Below the pieces are notes generated by a model. That model was not told the DNA's origin. It saw only the letters and a program-made list of their open reading frames with translations, and ran no database searches. DNA of 64,000 bases from assembly GCA_028534125.1 (NCBI GenBank), contig CM052816.1, positions 71,798,001 to 71,862,000 on the forward strand, written 5' to 3'. Origin of the DNA: Lama glama (Eukaryota). This document shows, one piece after another, positions 38,440 through 52,300 of the stretch (its first letter is position 1; the number at the start of each line of letters is the position of its first letter). Made by a program: the position numbers and the translations under genes.

Positions 38440-39250
38440 TCTGTTTGCACGACACAATTTTCTTTGGTTTTCTGACCTTTTTTAGCCTAATTTGCTTCTG
38501 ATACTGCTCCTTTCTTGGCCTCCATAGTAAACTTGTTCCTGTGATCACTTTTCTACTCACTCACTCCACAGTCTACCTCTGATCGATTGTATTCCTAGTT
38601 ATAGCTTTATCTACAAAATTCTAGCCTACTTCTCATGAGACCAGGCACATAGCCAACTCCCCCTTGGACATGTCCACACAATTAGCATGATTTCTCCAAA
38701 TGAACCCATCATTGTCCACTGCTGGCATTCCCACAGAATTGCTCCTCCTTTTAAACCCGTTATCTTCATGACTGGCATCTCATTTCCTCTCACCCAAGCC
38801 TGACCCCTGGAAGTGACCTCTCATTCTCCTTTCTTACCGTTCTTCCCCATGACCAGCCTATCACCAGCTCCTCCTCAGCTCACCTCCTAAAGATTTCTCA
38901 AATTCTCTCCCCCAAATCATTCTACCAACCTCATCTGCAGGACTTTAGGTGAGAATCAGGATTATTTCAATAATCTCCTAAAATTCATCCTTCTTATTTT
39001 GACTGTTGACATTTAAGAGGCAAATATTACCCTGTATCTTATCTGCTTAAAACTTTTCTTCACTCTGGACTGCTCACACTGCTCACGGATCCATGTTTTC
39101 CCGTTAGCATGCACATGAGCAATCAACCTCCAGCAATGCGGTAGCCACTTGCGTTTCTTTGCACACGCTACAATGTTTCAAGTCTTCAAGACTTTGCTAG
39201 CACCATTCTCTTTACTGAGGGACCCCCTCTTCCATTCTTCAACCTTCCAG
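38440..39250 (+). mobile_element. L2 body fragment
   Basis: ccaactcccccttggacatgtccac; cacccaagcctgacccctggaagtgacctc; ctgcttaaaactttt. Confidence 0.65.
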
Positions 39251-40498
39251 GTAATAGAAGGAATACAGGATTTAAGCTCAGACAGATCCAGGTTTAAGTT
39301 TCAGCTCCACCACTTGGTGTTCCTGAAACTTGAATGATAGAGAACAAGTCAGAACATTACTGATCCTTCTTTGCATGAGAATCATTACCAAGCCAACCTG
39401 TTTAATTAATTAGTAAAAAAAAAAAAATTCTTGCTTTAGCAGGAATTTTAAACTCCACTAAATATCTGTTTATGGTTTTGAATCTTCATTTACCAATCTT
39501 TTATAGACAGTAACATAGATTTATATTCTGAGTGAATTGAAAGAATTATATAGTTTGTTACCATCAGCAATTCCAGAAAATTCAAAATAAATTATAAAAG
39601 ACTAGACTTTTCTTTCACGTTTTTGATAAATGTGATCAAAATAATTGAATAGTCTATCTCAGGTATTAAGTAAGCAAATATTTTTGTCCTACATCACACA
39701 GGTTAAAATGTTGGCTCTATGTGTGTGAGTGTGTGTGTGTTGGGGGGGGAGGTGTTTAGCTGAGTCCAATGGTGGATTTCCAAATTTATATCTTGCTTGT
39801 AAATGTTTTCATTAGGGAATAGAAAAAATAGTTTTACTCTTATTGGCAGGTGTATTCCACATATGTGTTTATTTTAGAATTTGCAAACTGTGATCGTGTT
39901 CTTGGAATCTGAAAATCGCAACCATATGTTTTGAAGGAATTCTGGCACTAGAATGATCACTTCTGGTGAGATTTAGTAAGTAGAAAAATGGTGTAGATAT
40001 CACTATGGCAATAAAGGAATTGCTAGCACAGACGATGCTGGAGAGATATGAAGGACAAGAAGAAGCAGTATAGCGCAGTCCAAGAGTTGCTCACTGCCTG
40101 CCTTTTGCAAGAGCCCAGGCTCAGAATTCTCTTTGTCCATTTCAGCTGGAAAACTTGAACTTCATGAAGAGTTAACAGTTCTCTTGAAATCTCCTTTTGA
40201 AATTCTAGCCTCCTCTCATAACCAAGAAGAAAATGAGGTAGACCCAGAAGGCTCCTCATGGGTTAGAAACAACCTTTGATAACACAAAGGTCATAGTCAA
40301 TTAAAGTTTGGTGTTAATTCAGCTCTTCCTTTGGTTATAAACCATTGGATAAGGTAAAATAAATTTATTTGGAATTAACTTCTCTATAATGGTGGAATTA
40401 TAAATTATTTTATTTATGCTTAACTGCATTTAAAATATTTCTTCAGTAACTATACGAAAAAGAAAAACTTCTTTTAAATGTATCTTTAGAGATGAATA

Positions 40499-40707
40499 AA
40501 GTGGATCCTTGAACAACACACGTTTGAACTACACAGGTTCCCTGATATGCGAATTTTTTTCACATTTTGTAGTACCACACAATCTGGTTGGTTGAATCCA
40601 GAAATGTGGAACTGCACATAAGGAGGTCCGACTGTAAATTATAATCAGATTTCCAACTGTGCAGAGAGTGGATGCCCCTAACAGCCTTGTTGTTCAGAGG
40701 TCAACTG
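40499..40707 (+). mobile_element. Tigger2-family (TcMar) MITE
   Basis: Terminal inverted repeats aagtggatccttgaacaac / gttgttcagaggtcaactg; TA on both sides (40497-40498, 40708-40709). Confidence 0.88.
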
Positions 40708-40776
40708 TATAGCAAAAGTCTCTACATGAATTAAAAATATTTTCTGTTAATTTTGTCTATATTGCTAGTGATTTTT

Positions 40777-41719
40777 ACTTATTTATTTTTAAATATTTAT
40801 TTATTTGGGGGGTAGATTTATTTTATTTGTTTATTTATTTAGTGTTGAGGTATAACTGACTTATAACACTGTGTTAGCTCCAAATGCATAACAAAGTTAT
40901 TCAGTATTTCTATACATTGCAAAGATCGCCACAATAAGCATAGTTACCATGTTACCATACAAAGTTATTACAATATTATTGACTATATTCCCCACACTGT
41001 ACATTATGTCCCCATGACTCACTTATTTATAATTGGAAGTTTGTACCTCTTAATCTCCCTCACCTATTTCACTCACCCCTCACCCGCCTCCTCCCTCTCT
41101 CAACTGTTTGTTCTCTGTATCTATGAGTCTGTTTCTGTTTTATGTTTGTTCATTTTTTGTCTTTTAGATTCCACATGTAAGTGAAATCATACAATATTGG
41201 TCTTTTTCTGCCTGACTTATTTCACTTAGCACAATATCCTCTAGGTCCATCCATATTGTTGGGACTGGCAATATTTCATTCTTTTTTATGGCTGAATATA
41301 TATATATATATGTGTGTATATACACATACATACATACCACATCTTCTTTATCCGTTCATCTATTGATGGACACTTAGGTTGCTTCCATATCTTGGCTATT
41401 GTAAATAATGCTGTAGTGAACACAGAGGATTATATATCTTTCCAATCAGTGTTTTTATTTCCTTTGGACATATATCCAGAAGTGGAATTGCTGGATCGTT
41501 TGGTAGTTTTATTTTTAATTTTTTGAGTCCCTCCATACCGTTTGCCATTGTGGCTGCACCAATTCACATTTCCAACAACAGTGCAACAGGGTTTTCTTTT
41601 TTTCCCACATCCTCTCCAACACTTGTTATTTGTTATCTTTCTGATAGTAGCCATTCTGACATGTCTGAGGTGTTATTATGGGTTTGATTTGCATTTCCCT
41701 GATGATCAGTGATGCTGAG
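40777..41719 (-). mobile_element. 5'-truncated L1 (late L1MA-like) with (TTTA)n tail
   Basis: [25 protein letters not shown] is L1 ORF2 C-terminus; degenerate TSD GCTAGTGATTTTT / GCTGGTACTTTT. Confidence 0.92.
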
Positions 41720-42117
41720 GCTGGTACTTTTAAAGGAACTTTTCAACACCTTAGAGATACATGCAGAAAAAAAGTATATGCGATTTTACATTTCAAAAAA
41801 GGAACATGTTAAACTTAGTACAGTATATTATATCTAAAGTTGGGGCAATTACTCCATTTTTGCTTGTAAACAGTTTTTATCAAATTTCACAGAAGTTATT
41901 TTACATAGATCATAAAATGGTATCTTCTAAGGCACGAGACTAAGTTTACTTTGACTTTGTGAGTTTCAAAGATTTAGAGGTACTCAGTAATTTTTGTTTT
42001 GGGGAAAGTTAGAAAGTGAGATGTTTTGGAAGGTACAGAAATCAAAATATTAAATACAAATTCCTTGTGTGACCTTCTCTCACACCTTATCTTCCATATT
42101 CTAGTGGCTTCTTTATA

Positions 42118-42220
42118 GAAAAAGGAGGAGGGAGGAAATAAGAGAGAGACAGAGGAAGAAGGAGAGGAGGAGAAGTGAGGAGGGGAGAAGGAGGGAAAAA
42201 AGGGGAGGAGAGAGAGACTG
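42118..42220. repeat. GA-rich polypurine tract
   Basis: ~100 bp almost entirely G/A. Confidence 0.85.
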
Positions 42221-42789
42221 GACTAAAGGAAAAAAATTGCAGTGGCCCTGGGGCACCTCCAAATACAAAGTATCTCTTCTGTATTCAGCCTTTCGGGGTC
42301 TTGTTTGTTTGTTTTGCTTTGCTTTTGCTTTGCTGACCTCCCCTGGCCACATGAAAATAGACTTTCAAATTCCACCTTCTCCAGCCTCATGTCCCCAGAA
42401 CTTCTGGGCGGCAGCTCTGCCTCTTTGTCCTCAAGCGCCTCCTCCGAGAAAACACTCCAGAGACTCTCAGAGCCAGGCATTAACTAGCAGCACAGCTGGA
42501 ACCTGACACTGTGGTTTTACTTCCTCTTAAGACGGCAGGTAAATTACCCTTTTTGATGCATAGTGTTTTGCTGGCTTCTTAGGATTCAAATGCCTCTAGT
42601 AGTCCTTTGGCCCCAGGTTATCAAAACCCAGCCTTGGATTCGCAGTTGGGTTTTTCTTTCTTTCACATTAAAAAGTAGAAAAATGCAAAATATGATGTAA
42701 AAACACTGTCAGTCAACATTGTAAATGTTATTTTGTGTCATTTTAAGCTCAGATTGTATAGAGAGACACACACAGATGCATACGCATGC

Positions 42790-44940
42790 ACACATACATA
42801 CACCGAATGTTCAGTTTCATACAAAATAATATAAATGACGATCCCCTTTGCTGCTTTCCTTAAGCCCATTACCCACTCTTCCCTTCCCCAAACGAATGCC
42901 AAGACATTGAGTAGATTCCTCAAGTCAATCTACATTCTAATGTTTTTACAAATATCTGTGTGTATCTCCAACAGTATATTGTATTTGCTTCGTGTGTTTT
43001 TAAATTTTCTATTTAAATGCCATCATATAATTCAGCATGTTGCCTAATGGTATACATTTTCATGACTCCTTTGATACATATAGATTAAGTTACCACTGCT
43101 GGTCAAGATATGAATATATCACAATTTATTTACCTATTTTCCTACTGACATTTATGTTGTCATTGGTTCTCTGCTACAAACAATGTTGCAAAGAATCTTC
43201 TGGTGCATATGATTAAGAGTATGTTTACTTGCTGGGTCATAGGCAATGCATATGCTCGACTTCAATATATAGGTTCAAGATATTTTCTAAAGTGGTTGTA
43301 CCAATGTATATCCCGCAGGCAAAGTTTGCCTGTTTCCATTGTTCCATACCCTTATCAGTGCTTGACTTTGTCAGAGTTAACTTTTGTTTTTGCTAATGTG
43401 GTGGCTATGGAATGATACTGCACTATAGTTTAACTTTCAGTTCTTTGACTGTCATTAATTAGATCCAGAATCTTTCATTTCTTTGTTGCTCACTCAGATT
43501 TTTCTCTCTTAAATTACAGAGCACTGTTTATGATCCTTACTCACTTTTCTCTTGGGGTGCTTTCTTTCTTTCTTCCTCTCTCTCCCCACCCTCCCTCCCT
43601 TCTTTCTCTTTCTCCTTTTCCATCCTTCCCTCCTGCCGTTTATCCCTCCATCCCTTCTTCCCCCTACCCCTTTCTTTCTTTCTAATTGTTAGGGATTTAT
43701 CATACTAGCCTTTATAAAATCTCCTCTCAGTCTATAACCTGTTTTTAATTTTGCTTGTCATACAGAAGTTCCAATTTCGATATGAGCAAATATAATATTC
43801 ACTTACTTATGAGTCATACTCTTGTGTATTTCTTAAGAAACCTTTTGTTATCCCAAGTTTCTGAAGATGTTCTTCCAAATAGCTTTCTAATATTTTTTTT
43901 TAGATTTTTTCCACAGTTTGAAATTTAGTCCACCTGGAATTTATTTTCTTTTACAATTTTATGTAAGGGTCAAATTTACTTCTTGCTGTGTAGAAAGCCA
44001 ATTGTTCCAGCATTATTTATTGAATAGTCTATTTTTTCCCCACAGAGTTGTGTTTCTACTTCTGTGGTATACAAGTTCTTATATATGTTTGAGTGTGTTC
44101 CTCGACTCTTAACTTTTTTACATAGATATTCTTACATATCCCAGCATCGAACTCACATTGTTTTAAATATTTATTTATAATAAGGCTTAACATCTGTATG
44201 ATAGAGCTCCTGTTTTTCTTCTTCCTTATTTAGACTTGTCTTGGTTACCTTGGCTGTTTACTAGTTAATACGAATCGTAGAATCTGTTGGTTCAGTTTCA
44301 GTAAAAACCACATTGAAGTCTAATTTAAATTGTATTGAATATTTGTAATAATGTCGGGCACTTCTCCTGTGAAAATAGTTTGTCTCTCTCTGTTTATTCA
44401 GATCTATTTTATTTCCATCAGTAACATTTTGCCATTGTTTCAGTACAGGTCTTGGGCCTCTTTTGCATTTATTTCAAGGGATCATATAAGTTTTATTGCA
44501 TTTTTCTATTGGTTATTGCTGTTATACAAGAACATTTTGGGTTCTGTTGATCTATGGAGATTTTGTTTTATTAGCTTATAGATTATATTAGATGTTCTAT
44601 GATAGAAAATTACAGTGTTAGCAAGTAATAACAGCTTTGCTTCTTCCTGTCCAAATCTGATACATGTTATTTCTTTATCATCTCTTTGTCTTTGGTTTGA
44701 ACCCTGTTTTAATGGTGAAGAGCAGCCATTTTGTAGCCCTTCTCTTTTTGTTTCTGACTTTAATGGAGAGAGTGCCAATATTAGACCATAACTGGGAAGT
44801 CAGGTGAAGATTTTTTGTTAGATACCTTTCATCTAGTTAAAGAAGTACTTCTGTTAACTAATTTGATAGCAAATTAGTAATATTTTACAAAATCCATCTT
44901 GGATTATGTTAATTGCTTTGTTTGTGTCTATCAAGAAGGT
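42790..44940 (-). mobile_element. Ancient L1 (L1ME-like), ~2 kb, with CT-rich tract at 43560-43685
   Basis: Degenerate reverse ORF2 motifs (gccaattgttccagcattatttattgaatag; tttgtttctgactttaatgg; gatacctttcatctagttaaagaagt). Confidence 0.75.
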
Positions 44941-45139
44941 TTTATGATTTTTCTCCAATTTCTTCTTAAGAACATTTTCAAAGCTACAGAAGAGATGAAA
45001 GAATCTGTAGCATCTGCTATCAGTGCCTGTCTGTTTCTCTTCACTAGGCTGGAGCAACTGTCCTCAACCTCCCCAATTCTTACAGATCAAGTCCTCACCC
45101 AGAAAGCTGGGAATATTTTTCTACTGCTCAGGAGACTGC

Positions 45140-45312
45140 TATTAACTCCTCAATATGAAATGAAACTGAATAAAGTGGTAGTAGTTTTTTTTTCTTTGTA
45201 AAGTGGTTATAATACCTCTAATTGCTAGGGTTTTGAAAGACAATGCATATAAAGTTGGTACCATGACCATGAAGTAGAAGTTCAACAAGTAGCAGCCATT
45301 TTCGCTGTTACT
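45140..45312 (+). mobile_element. MIR fragment
   Basis: tttgtaaagtggttataatacctc..aatgcatataaag..ttcaacaagtagcagc. Confidence 0.5.
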
Positions 45313-45830
45313 GTGTTAATGTCCTTCAGGAACTGCCGCCCCAGAGCTGGCTGCCCCATCCTCCAGGTCACCTTACCACTAGCTACTGGTTTGGAAAGTA
45401 AGTGTGAAGCTTAAACTTTAAAATGTACATGGTAAAATCGCTTATTCACAAACAAGAAAATTATAAGAAGTAAACAACAAATACAATTCAACTAGGAATG
45501 TTTTCCAATGATAGAAGACAAGCATTATTAATGACCCTTTATATACTATCAGGCAAAGGGGATGTTTCATATAAATGAATTTTCCATATACCAAACTCCT
45601 ACTGCTCAAATAACCATTTTGATGGGTATATTTCTAAAATATATTGCAGTTTTCCTTCTTCCTAATCAGTATATACCATATCTAAATCCCTTTTATTTGA
45701 ATTATACCAGTCATTAGATTAGCCATTGTCCTAGATTTGCAGGACTATAGAGGGTTTGGGGGATATTTGCATTCACAAGATAATTTCTTGTTTTTTAAGA
45801 CAATCTGTTAAAACTGTATTGCAGTGGGTT

Positions 45831-45954
45831 GGGGGAGGGTATAGCTCAGTGGTAAAGCACATGCTTAGCATGCATGAAGTCCTGGGTTCAATTTCCAGTA
45901 CTTCCATTAAAATAAAGAAACCTAATTACCCACCCCCCAAAAAATCCTAAAAAA
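45831..45954 (+). mobile_element. tRNA-Ala-derived camelid SINE (Vic-1 type)
   Basis: GGGGAGGGTATAGCTCAGTGGTAAAGCACATGCTTAGCATGCATGAAGTCCTGGGTTCAAT, aaacctaattacc, A tail; degenerate TSD AAAACTGTATTG (45810-45821) / AAAGCTGTACTG (45955-45966). Confidence 0.9.
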
Positions 45955-46664
45955 AAAGCTGTACTGGGGAGTAGGATGAGAACAGAAGCAAAATGAAGTG
46001 GATTCTTCTCATGTGTTGGAAAAATATCCAGTAGAGAGAGCAAAATCCCACGGCTTAAGATTGGGTATAATTAAACCCGACAAGTGCTCCATCTTGAACA
46101 CTGGACAATTTCTGGACTTTTCCAGCTTTTCTTTCTTCAGGGTGCAACAATTGGCTCCCAGTCCCAGAGATTTGGTGTCAGTAGTTGCATCTGTAACAAG
46201 TAACCTAGGTGACAGATACAGGTGGTCTGCAGAGCACACACACCAAGCAGTGCTCTCTCCCTGCTTTCTGGGAGAGTCACTGAAATGATCCAAAGCTAGT
46301 GTCCCTCCTGTGATGCCACATCCAGGAAGGGCCTTATATACACAAGGTATGGCAAAACCAGGGGAGAAAGTGAAGCACCATGAGAGGAACAATAAATAGG
46401 GACTGGTAAGATACCTGGTAACTGATTGGATGACTTTGGGTATATTAACTTCACAGATGGCTCTTAACATCTTCATCTGTAAAATAAAAGAATTAAAGAA
46501 ACTCCTAGAGAGTCTTTAAAACCCCTTTCATTAAAATCTTGTTAAAGATTCTTCTCTAAAAGGCTACCAATGAATTAAGCATTTACGCGTCTTGTAACCA
46601 ATAGAAATAAGTAGTAATAAGGATCAAATTATATTGTTTATTTTTCACACAGTATCCAGAAATT

Positions 46665-47145
46665 TTTTGTAGCATGAAATTAGATCATGTTTCTAATTAA
46701 CCACACAATGACATCCTATTGCACTAAAAATCAGTCTAAATGCCTCATCATGGTCTGCAAGCCACCTGCCTATGTCCCAAACTCACCTTGCTCCGCCCTT
46801 GCTGGCCTTCACTTACTACCCTTACCATCAGCTGCAACGGACCGTCCCTTCATGTCCCACTTTAAGACAGTGGAATTTGCTGAGCTGTTAGCACCATACT
46901 CTCAGACCTCCCCGTGGCTCTGCTTCATGCCACTCAGGTCCCATCTCAGATGTCAGCTTCTCAGAGAGGGCCTTCCCCACCCAGCTGAGCACAGTAATGC
47001 CACCCATCCCACAGCACTCTACTGCATTTGCAAGCTTCCCTTTGTCACAATTTGATGCTGTGCAATTACTCATTTACTTCTGTCCCATCTGATTCCCTAG
47101 TGTAGAGATAAACTGCATGAGAACAGGAGCTTCATCTACTTGGCC
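46665..47145 (+). mobile_element. L2 fragment
   Basis: ctcagatgtcagcttctcagagagggccttcc; tagataaactgcatgagaacaggagcttcatct. Confidence 0.7.
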
Positions 47146-47599
47146 CAAAAGACACGCTCAGTAAAAGGGGAAAAAAAGCACCAAACACTTAGGATTTTGT
47201 TTGAAGTGTGACACTTTCCAGGTCTCCATTACATCAAATCTTAAAAAATTAGTTCTTGATTTCTCAAACTTCTTTTGCACAAAAATAATAATAATTTCAA
47301 GGTGGATACAACCAGTTATCTGAAATCTGGCTGCCAGGTATTTCAGTGCATAAACTTGACCAATGACCAAAATGCAAAGGTAATGTAGCAGCTAACTGCC
47401 GTAACTGAAGACATGAGCATGTATTCCTTCAGATTTTCTTCCAGTGATCAACATTGCTTCATAGTATGTTTTAATAGAACTGTTTCTTCTCCTGAGGAGA
47501 AATACTAAGTCTTAAAAATATCAGTTGTACTCATTTTAGTTGAATTTCCTCAAGTCTAAAGGGAAAGGTACCCTTCTAGTGATGAAGTCTGGGTGCCAA

Positions 47600-47975
47600 G
47601 TCTAACACTGGCTCCTGCAGCTAGACCTCTTCAACCTGCCACTGGAGGTATGTTTCTCTTTCATCCTTACTCTCTTCCTTGCCACCAATTTCTTTGCTGT
47701 CCCTGAACTTGAGAAACTTTCACTTGACTCTGCTGCCCCCTCTAGATATCATGTATTTCTCTCTTTTATTTCTTTGTCAAAGTGTTGTGAGGAGTGGTCT
47801 GCTTTTATGACCTATAGTTGCTTTTTAAGTCCTTGCAGTCTGGCTTTGACCTCCATGCCCTTATGGGACCACACTCTCATAGGATTGCCATGATTGATCC
47901 TCTTCTGGAAAACTCATGATTATTCTCAATCCTGCTTCTCCCCAGAACTCTGTAGCATTCAACATTATTGAACTA
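47600..47975 (+). mobile_element. L2 body fragment
   Basis: ttgcagtctggctttgacctcc..tctgtagcattcaaca. Confidence 0.55.
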
Positions 47976-48034
47976 CAAAATTATATGATATACAACTGTC
48001 ATTTTTTAAATTCTTATTTTTTTTGAAAAATTTT

Positions 48035-48121
48035 ATTTGAATTTGAATTACACTTATTTGAAGTGTAGTCAATTTACAATGTTAGTATCAGGTGTACAGT
48101 AAAGCGATTCAGTTATATGTG

Positions 48122-48152
<31 letters not shown>

Positions 48153-48262
48153 AAGAAACTGCAATATATACAGATAGATACATATCTATATCTATATCTA
48201 TATAGAGATATATATCTATATCTTTATCTCTGTATCTATGTATCTATATCTATCTATATATA
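48035..48262 (-). mobile_element. Short L1 3' tip followed by (TA)n/(TATC)n microsatellite
   Basis: tttgaagtgtagtcaatttacaatgttag..ggtgtacagtaaagcgattcagttata, then TA repeats 48128-48262. Confidence 0.75.
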
Positions 48263-48395
48263 TCAGTGCTTGTGGGCCAGATCGATTAAACTGGAAACAA
48301 GGTCTGTGCATTTGTGTGTATGTATATACATACACATGTGTAAATACTGGATTATTTTAGTGTGCAGCCAGGATGTAGAAATACTTGATTAGAGT

Positions 48396-48602
48396 GAGTC
48401 TTGTGCTGAAACCAATTCATAAACTCAAGAGAGTCACAAATGAGTGTCACTTCCCAACTCAATATTCAGTGGTATCACATTGGTCACTTAAAATTAATCA
48501 TGCTGTGACTGTTTACCACATGGAAATTGGCAAACACTACAAATCAGAGCTTTTTTTTTCCTTCAAAGAAGTGATTGTAAAACATTTACCAGCAGACTGC
48601 TG
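48396..48602 (+). mobile_element. MER63A-like (hAT-Blackjack) element
   Basis: cttcccaactc..ttcagtg..ggaaattggcaaacactacaaatcag..aaacatttaccagcagactgctg matches the MER63 right end. Confidence 0.85.
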
Positions 48603-48604
48603 AT

Positions 48605-49330
48605 AGAAAATGGAGGAAAGACTAATGGAGAGAAGCCAGTTGGATCTGATGTTAAAACTTCAGACCAGAGATAGACTTGTGAAATATTCAAGTTGCAGAA
48701 GCACAGAATTTGGTGATTGATGAAATATTGGATTAACAAAATGGAAGAAGTTAAAAAGCTCCTGACTCGGGTAAGCCGGTCTGTGGTGCGATCCTCACTA
48801 CAACAGCAAGCACATGAAAGAGGATGTCCTTTTAGCTGGAAATAGAGGGACTAGAAAGACAAGTTTTAACATATTGAATCCAAGGTGCCGGTGGGATGCC
48901 CTCGTGGAAAGGCCCACTAGCCAGTTAGATACACAGATTTTAAGTTCAGGAGAGAGAGGTTCGGGTGGAGGTAAAGGTCTAAGCCTCATCCTCTTACAAA
49001 TTGTGCTTGAAGCCGTGGCAGTAGAAGAGATCACCTAGGGAGCATGCAGAGTAAGAGAAGAAGGTGGTCTAAAAACCTTGGAGAAACCAATGATAAGGGC
49101 CAATCGTAGGAATAAGAGCCAATAGAGAAGATTGAGAGGAATGGGCAGAAAGAGAGGAAGGAAGGCAGAACGGAGCAGTGTCGCAGAAACCAGGGAAAGA
49201 GAGAAACCCAAGAAGGAAGTAGGAGCTTTCTAAATGCCGCTGGGATACAAAGTAAGATAAGGACTAGAAGCCAGACTGCGGTGGGTTAGGAGTTGAAGGA
49301 ATGATAAATTCTTTCAAGTTTAACTATATG
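48605..49330 (-). mobile_element. L2 body fragment
   Basis: agaatttggtgattgatg; cagttagatacacagatttta; gaagccagactgcggtgggtt. Confidence 0.7.
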
Positions 49331-52300
49331 GAAATAATAAACTTTAAGAGTTTTTATTGTTCTTTTTTGTTATTGGTTTAAAGTTGGAGAGATGAGCGCT
49401 TTTAAAACTCGTCGAACTGTGTCATTAGAGGAAAAAACACTGAAGAAAGAGGAGGGTGAAGATGCAAAGGAGACAGGAAGTGGTAGGATTCAGAGCAGGA
49501 AAAGGACTAGCTTTAGGCTAGACGGAGCAGGAGAAGGAAAGGATCCAGTACAGCTGCTGAAAAACTGTGGATGCTTTGGGAAAAGAGGTTGAAGAAATGT
49601 GACAGCCTCTATTTGCTTTGTGAAATAGAAGGCAAACACATTGTGTGAGAAGGATCTGAGAGGCTGTAGGTTACTGTTGGGAGGAGATGTAAGAATTTCT
49701 AAACTAAGGATAACAGAAGAGAGAAATACTGCCAGCAAGCAATGAAGACCCCGGGCAGGTGGGACATGGTGGGATTACGTGGTTTCCAATCTGTCTGCTT
49801 GTGTGATATTCTGTAGCAATCAAGGGTTATATTTAAATGGCCTTCTTCTTCTTGTTATTTTAATCATACTTTTATGCTGTGTAATTTACCATTATAGTGA
49901 CATATTTTTTAAAAAATTCACTTTTTTTGGAGTTTTAGATTGTTCCCAGTTTGAGGCTATTTTAAATAATGCTGCTATGAATAACTTTATTAGTAACTTT
50001 TTAAAAAATTTAAGTGTTTATTTTGATTGGATCAAAGAGATAATAATATCTGTTTTTTAAAATTTATGTAGTTCCTAATCATTATTCCTAACAAATATTT
50101 CTCTGCTCTTTTATCAACATTAGAAAATCTCCTTTAAAATATAATAATTGCATATGTAAGTCATCATAGTATATGATTTTATTTATCTTTCTTTGACTAC
50201 CACTGTGGTTGAATATTCTGCCCTATATTTGCTGAACTACTGGAATAAATCTTCCTGAAATATTTGTCTTCCTTAGATCATTTTCTTCTTTTCTTAGCAG
50301 AAGTTCCTTCAGGATCCTCTTTGAGAAAATCTAAATGTACCCAAAAGTCTAACTATTACTCAAACCTCCATCCTTAGAGGCTCATCTGCATTTTTCATTT
50401 TAGGAAGTGATCAAGACGCCATGCTTCAATGATTACTTTCATAGCTGCCAAATTACAATTCTATATAATTAGCCGACCCATTACCTAAATTTGAACCTTA
50501 CATTTTGATTCAGGGTGCCAGCCCCTCAGCTTGAATGCATTCTGGTGAGAGAAGACCATTTTAGAGACTCGTCGTTAGGAGCAGATAAGACTACGAGTAG
50601 CTCAAGACATGAGGAAAGAGGACATGAGGTAGTAAATGGGGGGGGGGGGGGTTGAGGAAGTGCTGAGGGGAAAGGCAATGCCAAAAATGGGAGCAAAAGA
50701 TAAGATAGATATTAAGTTAATTTAATAGTAGATTGTGGATAGATGTATTAACTAATAGCATTATTGTGTTTACAATTCTATATCTACTCCTGTCTAATTT
50801 TTTTAAAATTAGTCATACTTATTTTTTTACCTTTGAATACTTACTTCATTCTTCTGTTACTGAAAAATCTTAGAGATTATCCACTGCAGCTCTGTTATTG
50901 CATTTGCAGTTGACTTTATTTCTCTAGATGTGAGGCTTTCAGTTTTCTTCTCAGAAAGAATTTAAGGAGGATAATTGCAAGATATCTGAGAATTAACAGT
51001 AATTTTGAGTGGCTGTATGTCCCCTGACTGCATCCTTACCTAGCTTAGACTTCACTCCACATGTTCCACAATGTCTGTTCTTCATTCACATCAGCACATC
51101 ATGGATAGAGTTAGCTGTAGCACCTCCTTTGTGATTTGACTAGAGCTTACTCATTAAATGGAAATGTTTCCCTGAGTGACATCAACAAACAATGTCTATA
51201 AAATGTAATAAATATAAAATTCTTTGTAACCTGGGAAATTATATTGTGCCATGAAGCAATGAAGACAAGTAATGATTCCAAGGACAACGAATCCAGAAAG
51301 GCAAGTGTTGGAGAGCACAGACAACACCTGTGAAAATTGATCTCAGATCTTAGATCAACTTGAGTCATTTAAATAGCAAAATCTCTACAGTGAAGAAGGA
51401 CAGCAAATCACTGTGGCTTTATAAAAATAGACATTGAGATGACCCAGTTTTCTCTGCCCTAATTCCAAATTCACAAACATGGCTAGAAACTATGATGTGG
51501 GTTGTGGCATCCACTCCAGCCCACGGAGGGACACTCATCACCTACAGGTAACTTTGGCTCCACTTGTAAATTAATGGCAGACTTCTTTTAGGGACATTTT
51601 TTCTGGATGAAAGAACATTATTATATAATTTACTCTTAAGTTATATTTTTAGCTAAGTTTGAGTTTATGGATTTGGCACATTAATTTATCAATCAACATA
51701 CAATACAAAGCATTAGCAATAAAGTAGTCTATTAAAAATGTTGCTTCAAAAGAGCTAAAAATTATTGCTTCAGAATTAATGTTCCAAAAGAGTAATATCA
51801 CACTTATGGAAACTATACCTTTAATAAATAATATTGTACCTTGTAACTTAAGACATAACTTCAAATATAAAAAATAAAAACTTTCACTAATGTTGCACAC
51901 TATTTTTAAACACTGCAATTTATAATGTGCAGGGTCATAAAAGAGAAAAAGATTAATTTTTAATCTGGGAAAAAAGATTGAATCTGTTACTGAAAATAAA
52001 GTGATATATCAATCCTTGCTGAATATAGTTATGATGTTTTCTTGTGTTTCTATTCTCCTTTGTATAGTAGAATCCATTTTTAAGGAAGTCAGAAAAGATA
52101 AATAATATTTTCTAAAATTATGACATACTTAATGTGTCTTTTTCAGTTTTAGTTATCTTTTAATATAAAGATATTTTATGGAAAAATGACTTTGGATAAA
52201 AGATTCTAAATAAATAGGGATACTTTTGCCCTTTTATGAATGTGACTAAACAAATACCAAAGAAATAATGACAGATACATTACTCATGTCTTTTCCTTAG

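Noticed and set aside
40795..40842. GGGGGGTAG plus (TTTA)n resembling a reversed SINE tail within an L1 tail
   Set aside because: Too short and low-complexity to assign; no separate TSD found
50638..50651. G14 homopolymer as a G-quadruplex candidate
   Set aside because: Isolated homopolymer with no functional context; length is error-prone
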